DNA of 32,000 bases from Opitutus sp. GAS368 (GCF_900104925.1 NZ_LT629735.1:372291-404290); one strand, 5' to 3'; shown: positions 9,315 to 18,465, counted from the first letter of the stretch. Notes: generated by a model not told the origin, from the letters alone. A program made the numbers and translations.

Positions 9315-10157
9315 ATGCGTAGTGTCCTCACCGCCCTGCAGGAAGGCCGGCTCTTCGAGCTGCCCGATACCGGAAAACCGCGCTCGCTGACGTTTCTCGC
9401 GCGCATTCTCGATGCCAACCCCAACATCGAGGTCGGCACCGATGCCATCGAGGAGATCCAGGTCCGGGAACAGGAATGCAACACCGGCATCGGCCTGGGC
9501 GTCGCCGTGCCCCACGTGCGCGCACGGCGCGACGAGGGCGAGCTCTTCTGCGCCATCGGCTGGTCGGCCCAGGGCATCGATTACGGCGCCCAGGACGGCG
9601 CGCTCGTCCACCTCGTGTTCATGTATTACATTCCGGGCGCGCAGAAGAATGTCTATCTGAAGGAAATCTCGACCCTGATCAAGGCCGTCCGCAAGAGCGG
9701 CGGCATGGAGCCCATCGCGCACGCGCCCGATCTTAACGCGGTGCGCAACCTGCTCCTCGACTGGGTCAGCATGGTCGCCGGCGAGGCCGGCCCCGAGGCG
9801 GTGGCCCGTATGATCAAGCTGGACCTGAAGCAGGCGCAGGCGCCTTCCGGTCAGCCCGTATCACCCCCGGCGGTCGCGACGCCCGCACCGGCGGCTCCGG
9901 CACCGGTCGTTCCGCTGCCGCCCGCGGCGCAGGTCGCCACTTTCAGCGTGCTGATCGCTCCGCCGGCCACGGCCTTCGTGCTGGCGCACGACGCGGCCTG
10001 GAGTACCGCGATGGAAAAAGAGGGCAATCTCGGTCCGCGCCTCGCGGCGGGCACGCCGTTTACCGTCGCCGGGCGCCAGATTTTCGTCACCGGCGCGTCC
10101 CGCTATGAGGGCGACCGGACCCTCTACTACTGCGTGGCCGTGGTGACCGCCGTGTAA
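9315..10157 (+). CDS. PTS EIIA (Fru/Ntr-type) domain protein with a linker and a C-terminal extension
   Basis: GIGLGVAVPHVRA contains the EIIA active-site histidine context, followed by VHLVFMYYIPGAQKNVYLKEISTLIKAVR. The linker QAPSGQPVSPPAVATPAPAAPAPVV is Ala/Pro rich. Only 3 nt separate it from the mgtA stop. Confidence 0.8.
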   Translation: MRSVLTALQEGRLFELPDTGKPRSLTFLARILDANPNIEVGTDAIEEIQVREQECNTGIGLGVAVPHVRARRDEGELFCAIGWSAQGIDYGAQDGALVHLVFMYYIPGAQKNVYLKEISTLIKAVRKSGGMEPIAHAPDLNAVRNLLLDWVSMVAGEAGPEAVARMIKLDLKQAQAPSGQPVSPPAVATPAPAAPAPVVPLPPAAQVATFSVLIAPPATAFVLAHDAAWSTAMEKEGNLGPRLAAGTPFTVAGRQIFVTGASRYEGDRTLYYCVAVVTAV

Positions 10158-10234
10158 CGGGCGGCCTCGCCCGCGCACCCGGCGGAATCCGCCCCGCCCG
10201 CTCCTCCCCCGACCAGACCGCCTCCGGAGGCCTG

Positions 10235-10359
10235 ATACCAATCGCCTCAAGCTACTACACTCTACACCAAGGTCGCCAAGACCGCGAAGCAGATCCTGCG
10301 AGGGGAAATATCTCTGCGTTCTTTGCGGCCTTCGTGTAAAAGCTTTGGGTGTTTGGTAT
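10235..10359. repeat. MITE-like intergenic element with ATACCAA/TTGGTAT termini
   Basis: 7-bp terminal inverted repeats (10235-10241, 10353-10359). Internal imperfect 20-bp inverted repeat TACACCAAGGTCGCCAAGAC (10263-10282) and TTCTTTGCGGCCTTCGTGTA (10319-10338). Confidence 0.65.
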
Positions 10360-10370
10360 AACGTAATACG

Positions 10371-11684
10371 TTACAAATTATCGGTGCCGAGCTGCGCGCG
10401 GATGACGGCCAGTGTGCGCTCCGTCGCGCCGCGGTTGGCTTCGCTCCATTCGCGCGCCGCGGCCGCCAGTTTTTCCCGTTGGGCGGAGTCCTGCAGCAAT
10501 TCCACCGCCACGCTGATCAGCTCGCTGTGCGTCTCCACCTTGCGCACCGCGCCGGCCTCGGTGAGCGAGCGGATGATGTCGCGGAAATTCGTCATGCGCG
10601 GCCCGTGCAGCACCGGCTGGCCGAGGATCGCCGCCTCGACCGGCGTCTGGCCGCCCTCGTGCGGCGCCAGGCTCTTGCCCGTGAACACCAGGTCGGCCAG
10701 CTGCGTGAATTTCCGCAGCTCGCCCGTCGTGTCGCCGACGGCGACATCAACCGTCCCCAAGGCCGCGCCCTCGGAGCGGAAATGAAACTTCAACCCGCTC
10801 TTCTCCAGCAGGCCGCGCAGCTCCTCGCGTCGCTCGGCATGTCGCGGCACCAGCAGGAGTGACACCTTGAGCCCCTTCTCCCGCGCGGACTTGAGCGCCG
10901 TGACCAGCGCCACTTCTTCGCCGGCCCAGGTTGAGGAACCAAGCAGCACGAGCCCGGCGCCGAGACCGAGTTCACGCCTCAGCGCCGCCTTGTCCGCCTC
11001 GGCCAGCAGCGGAATGCTGACATCGAGCTTGAGATTGCCGGTGGTCTGCAACCGCTCCGGCGGAAACCCGAGCGCTTTGAACCGCTGCTCGTCGCGCTTC
11101 GCGGCGCACAGCACCCGGGTGATGCCGACAGCCAGCGGCCGCATGAGCGCGCGGAAGCGCAGCGAGCGCTTGAAGCTGCGGTCCGACATGCGGGCGTTGA
11201 TGCTGATGACCGGCACGCGATGCGCCTGCGCCTGCGCCACATGCTCCGGCCAGCGCTCGCCCTCCATCAGGATGGCCAGGTCGGGCGCGACCTTCCGCCA
11301 CGCCGCCGCGCTGAAGGCCCACCAATCGAGCGGGAAGTAGCCGATGCCCGCCGTCAGCGCGCCGTATTTCTCCTTCGCCAGCCGGTAACCGGTGCTGGTC
11401 GTGGTGGTCAGGTAAACCTCGACGCCGGCCTCGCGTTTGAACGACTCCAGCAACGGGGAAACAGCGAGCACCTCGCCCACGCTGACGGCCTGCAGCCAGA
11501 TGCGTTTCACCCCGGCCGCCTTGGCCGGCAGCGGCGGCACATCACCGAAGCGGTGCCAGAAACCCTCGGCATAGCCGCCCCGCCGCCGCATCCGCCACAG
11601 GTAATAGGGCGACGCCAGCAGCAGCAGCGGGAGAAACAGAATTCTATAGATCCAGATCAAGGCGGGGTAACCACTAATGGACAC
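10371..11684 (-). CDS. waaA: 3-deoxy-D-manno-octulosonic acid (Kdo) transferase
   Basis: IWLQAVSVGEVLAVSPLLESF, LLVPRHAERREELRGLLEKSG, LADLVFTGKSLAPHEGGQTPVEAAILGQPVLHGPRMTNF. The upstream start lies in a repeat, so the true start is probably near 11660. Confidence 0.9.
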   Translation of the reverse strand: MSISGYPALIWIYRILFLPLLLLASPYYLWRMRRRGGYAEGFWHRFGDVPPLPAKAAGVKRIWLQAVSVGEVLAVSPLLESFKREAGVEVYLTTTTSTGYRLAKEKYGALTAGIGYFPLDWWAFSAAAWRKVAPDLAILMEGERWPEHVAQAQAHRVPVISINARMSDRSFKRSLRFRALMRPLAVGITRVLCAAKRDEQRFKALGFPPERLQTTGNLKLDVSIPLLAEADKAALRRELGLGAGLVLLGSSTWAGEEVALVTALKSAREKGLKVSLLLVPRHAERREELRGLLEKSGLKFHFRSEGAALGTVDVAVGDTTGELRKFTQLADLVFTGKSLAPHEGGQTPVEAAILGQPVLHGPRMTNFRDIIRSLTEAGAVRKVETHSELISVAVELLQDSAQREKLAAAAREWSEANRGATERTLAVIRAQLGTDNL

Positions 11685-11732
11685 TAAGAGACACTAATGA
11701 TTAGTGAGGAATTAGTGTAGATTAGTGGTTAA
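11667..11732. repeat. AT-rich palindromic element built from CACTAAT/ATTAGTG units
   Basis: gtaaccactaatggacactaagagacactaatgattagtgaggaattagtgtagattagtggttaa. The two halves are near-complementary around CACTAATGATTAGTG. Confidence 0.85.
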
Positions 11733-11748
11733 CTCCGGCTGCTTGGCT

Positions 11749-12798
11749 TTACTGGCCGAGGACCCACGCAAAGATCAGCGGCGCCACGATGGTCGCGTCG
11801 CTCTCGACGATGAACTTCGGCGTCTTGGCGCCGAGCTTGCCCCAGGTGATCTTCTCGTTCGGCACGGCGCCGGAATAGCTGCCGTAGCTGGTGGTCGAGT
11901 CGCTGATCTGGGCGAAGTAGCCCCAGAGCGGCACGCCGGTGCGGCCGAGGTCCTGATGCAGCATGGGCACGACGCAGATCGGGAAATCGCCCGCGATGCC
12001 GCCGCCGATCTGGAAGAACCCGATCGAGCCCTCGCCGTTGCGAAGCCGTTTCGCCGTCTTGGTATACCAGGCGGCCAGCCAGGTCATGTATTCGATGCCG
12101 GTGCGGACCGTGTGGACGTTCTTGATCTCACCGGTCACGACGCGACCGGCATACATGTTGCCGAGCGTGGCGTCCTCCCAGCCGGGGACGATGATGGGGA
12201 GGTTCTTTTCGCAGGCGGCGAGCATCCACGAGTTCTTCGGGTCGATCTGGTAATATTTCTTCAGTTTCCCGCCGCGCAGGATCTTATACATGAACTCGTG
12301 CGGGAAGAAGCGCTGGCCCGACTGGTCGGCGGCGAGCCACTCCTCGGCCACGGCGGCCTCGATGCGGCGCATGGCCTCGCCCTCGGGGATGCAGGTATCG
12401 GTCACGCGGTTCATGTGGCGGTCGACGAGATCCTGCTCGTCGTCGGCGGTGAGGTGGCGGTAGTGCGGCACGCGCTCGTAGTAGTCGTGGGCGACGAGGT
12501 TGAAGATGTCCTCCTCGAGGTTGGCGCCGGTGCAGACGATGGCGTGAACCTTGTCCTGCCGGATCATCTCGGCGAGGGTGATGCCGAGCTCGGCGGTGGA
12601 CATCGCGCCGGCGAGGGTCACGAGCATCTTGCCGCCGGCCTGCAGGTGGGTCTCGTAGCCCTTGGCCGTGTCGAGCAGCGCCGCGGCGTTGAAATGGCGG
12701 TAATTCAGCGCGATGAACTTGGAAACCGGCCCCTTCTTTTTCGCCAGGGCGGCATTGACGTGTTCGGGCAGTTTCTTGAGGCGTTTGGCTTTGATCAT
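11749..12798 (-). CDS. Deoxyhypusine-synthase-family protein (bacterial DHS-like)
   Basis: LAGAMSTAELGITLAEMIRQDKVHAIVCTGANLEEDIFNL, GGGIAGDFPICVVPML, YSGAVPNEKITWGKL. ORF open to 12837, but the ATG at 12798 (MIKAKRLKKLPEHV) looks more natural. Confidence 0.88.
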   Translation of the reverse strand: MIKAKRLKKLPEHVNAALAKKKGPVSKFIALNYRHFNAAALLDTAKGYETHLQAGGKMLVTLAGAMSTAELGITLAEMIRQDKVHAIVCTGANLEEDIFNLVAHDYYERVPHYRHLTADDEQDLVDRHMNRVTDTCIPEGEAMRRIEAAVAEEWLAADQSGQRFFPHEFMYKILRGGKLKKYYQIDPKNSWMLAACEKNLPIIVPGWEDATLGNMYAGRVVTGEIKNVHTVRTGIEYMTWLAAWYTKTAKRLRNGEGSIGFFQIGGGIAGDFPICVVPMLHQDLGRTGVPLWGYFAQISDSTTSYGSYSGAVPNEKITWGKLGAKTPKFIVESDATIVAPLIFAWVLGQ

Positions 12799-12864
12799 TT
12801 CCCACCCAGCTAGAAACCGGCGCCGGCTTTTGGCCACACTAAATTCGGCGGCCTCGCCGTTCAG

Positions 12865-12916
12865 TGGAGGGCTCAGCTCCAGCTGAGCCGCGGCCCAGCT
12901 GGAGCTGGGTCCTCCA
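12865..12916. repeat. 52-bp near-perfect palindrome with TGGAGG...CCTCCA ends
   Basis: TGGAGGGCTCAGCTCCAGCTGAGCCG|CGGCCCAGCTGGAGCTGGGTCCTCCA; 23 of 26 arm positions pair. Lies between divergent genes. Confidence 0.9.
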
Positions 12917-12977
12917 ATATTCAGCCCTACCTCGAAACTTGCAGTCGGCCCGCGGGTCCGAAGACTCCTCCTCCGTC

Positions 12978-15818
12978 ATGCTCCTCTCCCGCCCCGCCCG
13001 CTTCCGCCTCGCCTTCACCGCCCTGCTGCTCGCGCCCCTGCTGGCCTTGGCCGCCGACTTCCCGCACGAGACCAGTGACCTGCCCGCCGATCCGGGCGTC
13101 ATCTGGGGCAAGCTCGACAACGGCCTGCGCTACGCCCTCCAGCACAACCCCGAGCCCCGCGGCCGGGTCAGCGTCCGCCTCGCCGTGCGGGTCGGCTCGA
13201 TCTACGAGAACGACAACCAGCGCGGCCTCGCCCATTTCCTCGAGCACATGGCCTTCAACGGCAGCCGGCACTTCCCGTCGGCCAACGTCGTCGAGTTCTT
13301 CCAGCAGCTGGGCATGGAGTTCGGCGGCGACACCAACGCCTCCACCGGCTTCGACCGCACTGTCTACCAGCTGGAGCTGCCCGACACCAAGCCGGAAACC
13401 CTGCGCCAGTCGCTCACCTTCTTCGCCGACGTCGCCGGGGGCCTGCTGCTGGAGACGAAGGAAATCGAGAAGGAACGCGGCATCATCCTGAGCGAAAAGC
13501 GCGCCCGCGACTCCGTCGGCCTCCGCACCTTCCAGGCCGAGCTGGAGTTTCTCGTCCCCGAGACCCGGTTCCCGCAGCGCCTGCCCATCGGTATCGACAA
13601 GGTCATCCAATCCGCCGACCACAACCGGTTCGTCGAGTTCTACAACGCCTGGTATCGCCCCGAGCGGATGGTGCTGATTCTCGCCGGCGACTTCGACCCC
13701 GCGGCCGTCGAGCCGTTGATCAGGGAACTCTTTGCCCCGCTCGCCGCCCGCGCCCCCGCGCTGCCGGAGCCACGCCTCGGCTCGGTCGCGCCGTCCGACG
13801 ATGTCGTCGCCCTGCTGCACACCGAGAATGAGGCCGGCAGCACCAATGTCGCCCTCGAGACGGTCGTGCCCTACGCCTTCGAGCCCGACACCGCCGCCAA
13901 CCGCCTCAAGGACCTGCCGCGCACGCTCGCGCTCAGCATGCTCAACCGCCGGCTCTCCATCCTCTCCAAGAAGGAAGGGGCGCCCTTCCTCAGCGGACTG
14001 GTCGGCGTGACCGAGCAGTTCGACTTCTTCCGCAACGCCTCCATCGAGCTCAACTGCCGCCCCGACCAGTGGTCGGCTACGCTCGCCGTCGCCGAGCAGG
14101 AGCTGCGCCGCGCCCTCGACCACGGCTTCCAGCCGGAGGAGCTCGCCGAGGCGGTCGCCGAGATGCAGAACAACCTGGAGCAGGCCGTCCAGACCGCGCC
14201 GACCCGTCGCTCCCCCGGCCTTGCCGACAAGCTGGCCGACGACCTGATCGACCGCAACGTCACCACGCACCCCAAGGCCGACCTCGCGCTCTACGCTCCC
14301 GCGCTGGCGGCCATGACGCCCGAGGCGTGCGCCGCCGCCCTCAAGGCCACCTGGAACGAGGCCGCAGGGCGCCGGATTTTCGTCAGCGGCAACCTCGAGC
14401 TGGCCAAGGCGCCGCAGAACATTTCCGCCGCCTACGCCGCCAGCCGGCGCACCATTGTCACGCCGCCGGCCCGCACCGCGTCGGCCGCGTTCGCCTACAC
14501 GGATTTCGGCAAGCCCGGCAAGGTGGGCGACACCAAGGCCGTGGACGACCTCGGTGCCACGCTCGTCGAGTTCAAGAACGGCGTGCGTCTCAACCTCAAG
14601 CCCACCGACTTCGAGGCCGGCCGCATCCGGGTCTCCGTCCGCATCGGCGGCGGCATGCTCACGCTGCCACCCGGCCAGCGCGGCCTCGCCCTTCTCGCCA
14701 ATGTCGCCTTCACCACCGGCGGCCTCGGCAAGCACAGCGTCGACGACTTGCAGCGCCTCCTCGCCGGCAAGACCGTCGGGCTCGGCTTCGGCGCCCAGAC
14801 CGACGCCTTCACCTTCACCGGCACCACCAACCGCGACGACCTCCTGCTGCAACTCCAGCTCTTCTGCGCCTACCTCACCGACCCGGGCTACCGGCCCGAG
14901 TCCCTGCGTCAGGTGCACAAGGCCGCCGACCAGATTTACACCCGGCTCGCCCACACGCCCGACGGCCCGCTGGAGCTCGAGGTCGCCAACCTCCTCGCCG
15001 GCGGCGACCCCCGCTTCGGCCTGCCCCCGAAGGAAGTTCTCCTGGCCCGCACGCTCGACGAGCTGAAAGCCTGGCTCACGCCGCAGTTCGCCAAGGGCCC
15101 CATCGAGATCGCCATCGTCGGCGACTTCGATCCCGCCGCCACCCTCACCGCCGTGGCGCAGACCTTCGGCGCGCTGGCCAAACGCCAGAAAAAGCCCGGC
15201 TACGACGACGCCCGCCAGGTCGCCAAGCTCGCCGCGCCCGTCGCCAAGGCCTACACCGTCGAGTCCGAGATTCCCAAGGCCCTCGTCCGCCTCTACTGGC
15301 CCGCCACCGACAACCGCGACGTCAAGCTCGCCCGCCGCCTGCGGCTGCTGGCCGACGTGTTCGCCGACCGCCTTCGGGTGAAGATCCGCGAGGAGATGGG
15401 CAGCACCTACAGCCCCGGCACCGCCACCGACCTCAGCGAGACCTACCCCGGCTACGGCTACCTCATCGCCGAGGCCACCGTGGCTCCCGACGACACCCGC
15501 CGCATCGCCGACGCCATCAAGGCCGTGGCTGCCGCCCTGCACGACGGCGGCGTCACCAATGAGGAACTCGTCCGCGCCAAGCAGCCGGTGCTCACCGCCC
15601 TGCGCGAGAGCGCCCGCACCAACGGCTACTGGCTGGGCACCGTCCTCGCCGCCGCGCAGGAATTTCCCGAACACCTCGAGTGGAGCCGCAGCCGTTACAG
15701 TGACAATGAGAGCGTGACCGTGGAGGAACTGAGCGCCCTGGCGAAAGAGTATCTCGATCCGGCCCGCGCCTCCGAGTTCATCGTCACGCCCGTCCCGCCG
15801 AAACCAGTCGGGCCGTGA
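12978..15818 (+). CDS. Secreted M16 (insulinase/pitrilysin) family zinc peptidase
   Basis: Signal peptide MLLSRPARFRLAFTALLLAPLLALAA, HFLEHMAFNGS (HxxEH), duplicated M16 domains. The longer ORF from 12864 reads through the palindrome and is unlikely to be the real N-terminus. Confidence 0.93.
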   Translation: MLLSRPARFRLAFTALLLAPLLALAADFPHETSDLPADPGVIWGKLDNGLRYALQHNPEPRGRVSVRLAVRVGSIYENDNQRGLAHFLEHMAFNGSRHFPSANVVEFFQQLGMEFGGDTNASTGFDRTVYQLELPDTKPETLRQSLTFFADVAGGLLLETKEIEKERGIILSEKRARDSVGLRTFQAELEFLVPETRFPQRLPIGIDKVIQSADHNRFVEFYNAWYRPERMVLILAGDFDPAAVEPLIRELFAPLAARAPALPEPRLGSVAPSDDVVALLHTENEAGSTNVALETVVPYAFEPDTAANRLKDLPRTLALSMLNRRLSILSKKEGAPFLSGLVGVTEQFDFFRNASIELNCRPDQWSATLAVAEQELRRALDHGFQPEELAEAVAEMQNNLEQAVQTAPTRRSPGLADKLADDLIDRNVTTHPKADLALYAPALAAMTPEACAAALKATWNEAAGRRIFVSGNLELAKAPQNISAAYAASRRTIVTPPARTASAAFAYTDFGKPGKVGDTKAVDDLGATLVEFKNGVRLNLKPTDFEAGRIRVSVRIGGGMLTLPPGQRGLALLANVAFTTGGLGKHSVDDLQRLLAGKTVGLGFGAQTDAFTFTGTTNRDDLLLQLQLFCAYLTDPGYRPESLRQVHKAADQIYTRLAHTPDGPLELEVANLLAGGDPRFGLPPKEVLLARTLDELKAWLTPQFAKGPIEIAIVGDFDPAATLTAVAQTFGALAKRQKKPGYDDARQVAKLAAPVAKAYTVESEIPKALVRLYWPATDNRDVKLARRLRLLADVFADRLRVKIREEMGSTYSPGTATDLSETYPGYGYLIAEATVAPDDTRRIADAIKAVAAALHDGGVTNEELVRAKQPVLTALRESARTNGYWLGTVLAAAQEFPEHLEWSRSRYSDNESVTVEELSALAKEYLDPARASEFIVTPVPPKPVGP

Positions 15819-15982
15819 TGGGCCCTAGCTTACGCTTTTGCCGGAAATCGTGGCACCCGGGAAAAGCGTCCGTTCAAAAAGCGGTTCTTGAGCATGAAAC
15901 ACTTAACCTGCATTTAGGTGCTTATGCCGCTCCCAGAACTCACGCTTTTCGCTGAAGCTGAATAACACTGTTGGGCAAAACC

Positions 15983-16627
15983 ATGCGCATTGTATTCTTA
16001 CTCGCCCTGGTCAGTTCCGCTGTCGCCGCCGATCCGGTGGTGATTCGCGAAGTGACCAAGAAGACCTATCAAGCGGGCATCGCGGCCAATGCTGTCGTGG
16101 TGTTCGACGTAAATTGGGGCCGCCACTGGAATTGTGGCGGCTACGAGAATGCCGAGCTCATGAAGCTGGAGTTCGACCGCGTAACGGGTGAGCCAAAGAC
16201 CCCCGACGCGAAAGCCGACTTCATCGTAGACGGACCGTCACGGCTAACTCGCACGCTGCGATTCCTCAATTACGCATTCATTCTTCCTCCGGGCGAGTAT
16301 GCTCTGAGTGGTGTCAGCATTAAGGTCGCTCGGTCTGTCTCCGACGTTGGCTACTTGAATGCGAAGCGGTCGGATTTGATTAAGGATGGTAGGCCGGAGG
16401 GAGGGACTTTTACGGCCTCGGCCGGCGAGATCGTCTTCATCGGGAATTTTTTCCTCGATTGCCAGACGGGGCCAATGCTTTGGCGCTATTATCCCGAAAC
16501 GAAAGAGGCATTTCAAAAGCAAGTGGTCGAGTATCGAACCAAGTATCCGTTTCTGGAGCAGGACAGGTTTCGCTATCGCCTGCTCAAATCGAAGTTTTTC
16601 GGAAGCGATTATGAATTGCCCAAGTAA
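15983..16627 (+). CDS. Secreted hypothetical protein in a lower-GC segment
   Basis: MRIVFLLALVSSAVAADPVVIREV signal peptide. No family recognised. Codon usage is visibly less GC-biased than in its neighbours. Confidence 0.7.
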   Translation: MRIVFLLALVSSAVAADPVVIREVTKKTYQAGIAANAVVVFDVNWGRHWNCGGYENAELMKLEFDRVTGEPKTPDAKADFIVDGPSRLTRTLRFLNYAFILPPGEYALSGVSIKVARSVSDVGYLNAKRSDLIKDGRPEGGTFTASAGEIVFIGNFFLDCQTGPMLWRYYPETKEAFQKQVVEYRTKYPFLEQDRFRYRLLKSKFFGSDYELPK

Positions 16628-16731
16628 GAAGGCTAACCGGACGCCAGAGCCAACGGACCCGAACGGCCGTGGCTCAGCTGGAACGCCAGGCAAAGAACAG
16701 ATTCTTGCCGCGGGCTTCGGCGGGCGGGAAC

Positions 16732-17826
16732 TCAGGGTGTCGCGCGCTCCAACTTCAGGTTCAGCAGCGGCACAAGCAGCAGCAGCCCGACACACGTGAG
16801 CCCCAGCACGGCGTAGCCCGCGGCATCGTGCACCGTGCCGTTGATGGCCCCGGGGCCGTAGGCGTAGGCCCAGCCGGTGAGGAACAGGCTGCGCGCCAGG
16901 TTCATCAGGAAGGCGAAGATCATCGACGCCACCACCAGCGTGACCTTCTTCCACGGCTGCTCGAAAAACGTCGCGCCGAGGAACGACCCGGCGAAGAGGC
17001 ACGCCGTCAGCGACCGGATGCCCGAGCAGGCGTCGGCCACGCCGACCGGCCCCTTCGGCAGCATCAGCACGTTGCCCTGCTGCTCGAGCGGGAAGCCGAG
17101 CATGTCGAACACGAAGGCCACCACCGTCACCACCTTCCGCAACAGGAAGAGGCTGACCTGCGACTCGACGGCCGAGACCAGCGGCGCTGAGACCAGCCAG
17201 ACCAGCACGGGAAAGATGAACAGCGCCGCCACGCGGTAGCGGCCGTCGGCGAAGAGGGCCATGAAACCATTGCCATTGGAGGGCTCGCGTCCCTGCGAGC
17301 CGGCCCGCAGAGACGCGGGCCCTCCATTCGGCGCATTGAAATAAATCAGCGGCAGCACGATCGCCACCATGCCGAGCGTCAGCGCAAAGGTGCCGGGCTG
17401 CGACGTGCCCGCGCCGGCGCGGTAAAAGGCCCCGAGCAGGAAAAACAACGCCCCCCCGAGCAGCCCGAGGCCCGCCGCCGCGTTGAGCGCCCATTGCACC
17501 CAGCGCGCACTGGCCGGCCCGGACTCCGCCGCGCGCAGGCGCCCGAGCAGCTGCGGCCAGCGGTCATAGACGACATAGGCGGTGAACAGCGGCACGAGCC
17601 AGCCGAACGAATAGTCCTCCTTCCGGCTCCACCAGTGCGACTGGTCCCACGCGACGAAGGCCATGAAGCCCGTCGACAGTCCGAGCGCAGCGAGGAACGG
17701 TGCGGGTGGTTTCGAGAGGGCTTGGGGCTGGTCGGTCACGCTGGGCCGAGCAAAGGCAAACCCGGTGACGCTGCAAGCCCGGTGGAGCGGCTTGCCCTCA
17801 AGACGCTTTCTGTAGGGCGGGATCAC
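16732..17826 (-). CDS. Exosortase/archaeosortase family protein
   Basis: Multi-pass protein with GVADACSGIRSLTACL (Cys motif), FAFLMNLARSLFLT (Arg motif), NGTVHDAAGYAVLG (His motif). The predicted start lies in a repeat, so the true start is probably downstream in the gene. Confidence 0.85.
   Translation of the reverse strand: MIPPYRKRLEGKPLHRACSVTGFAFARPSVTDQPQALSKPPAPFLAALGLSTGFMAFVAWDQSHWWSRKEDYSFGWLVPLFTAYVVYDRWPQLLGRLRAAESGPASARWVQWALNAAAGLGLLGGALFFLLGAFYRAGAGTSQPGTFALTLGMVAIVLPLIYFNAPNGGPASLRAGSQGREPSNGNGFMALFADGRYRVAALFIFPVLVWLVSAPLVSAVESQVSLFLLRKVVTVVAFVFDMLGFPLEQQGNVLMLPKGPVGVADACSGIRSLTACLFAGSFLGATFFEQPWKKVTLVVASMIFAFLMNLARSLFLTGWAYAYGPGAINGTVHDAAGYAVLGLTCVGLLLLVPLLNLKLERATP
17277..17326. 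repeat. Family A palindrome, in frame inside the exosortase CDS
   Basis: TGGAGGGCTCGCGTCCCTGCGAGCC|GGCCCGCAGAGACGCGGGCCCTCCA; 22 of 25 arm positions pair. Encodes GGPASLRAGSQGREPS. Confidence 0.9.
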
Positions 17827-17890
17827 CGTATCCCGCCACGAACGTGATATACCTTTCGAACGGAGGCGGGATACGGTGATCCCGCCCTAC
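17812..17890. repeat. Family B element, copy 1 (79 bp, perfect 26-bp arms)
   Basis: GTAGGGCGGGATCACCGTATCCCGCC (17812-17837) and GGCGGGATACGGTGATCCCGCCCTAC (17865-17890). Confidence 0.95.
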
Positions 17891-17968
17891 AATTTCAAAT
17901 CTGCGCTCCACCTTCCGCCAATCCCTGTTTTGACATCCCCGCCCCGCCGGCCAAGCCTGCCCCGGAAC

Positions 17969-18460
17969 ATGGACCACCTGCACGCCTACTGGCGGATGGA
18001 ATACATCGAGGCGCCCCGCCTCCCCGAGGGCGCGAACGTCTTCGCGGAGCTGCCCAAGCTGGGGGACGACGCCACGGCGTTCATCATCCACCGCAGCCCG
18101 CTGTCCTACCTCATCCTCAACCGCTATCCCTACAACCCGGGCCACCTGCTCGCCGTGCCCTTCCGCGCCGCTTCGGACATCGCCGAACTCACCGCGGCCG
18201 AACGCGCCGACCTGATGGACGAGATAATCCTCGGCAAGGAGATCCTCCGCGCCGCCATCAATCCCAACGGCTTCAACGTCGGTTTCAACCTCGGCGCCGC
18301 CGCCGGCGGCAGCATCCCGCACCTCCACGCCCACATTGTGCCGCGCTGGAACGGCGACACGAACTTCATGCCCGTCATCGGCCAGACCCGTGTGCTCCCG
18401 CAGTCCCTCGCCGCGATGTATGCCCGGCTCAAGGAAGTGGCTGAAAGCCTTAAGCTCTAA
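17969..18460 (+). CDS. HIT family protein (histidine triad)
   Basis: MDHLHAYWRMEYI..., NPGHLLAVPFR, NLGAAAGGSIPHLHAHIVPRW (HxHxH). Confidence 0.9.
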   Translation: MDHLHAYWRMEYIEAPRLPEGANVFAELPKLGDDATAFIIHRSPLSYLILNRYPYNPGHLLAVPFRAASDIAELTAAERADLMDEIILGKEILRAAINPNGFNVGFNLGAAAGGSIPHLHAHIVPRWNGDTNFMPVIGQTRVLPQSLAAMYARLKEVAESLKL

Positions 18461-18465
18461 GCCGA

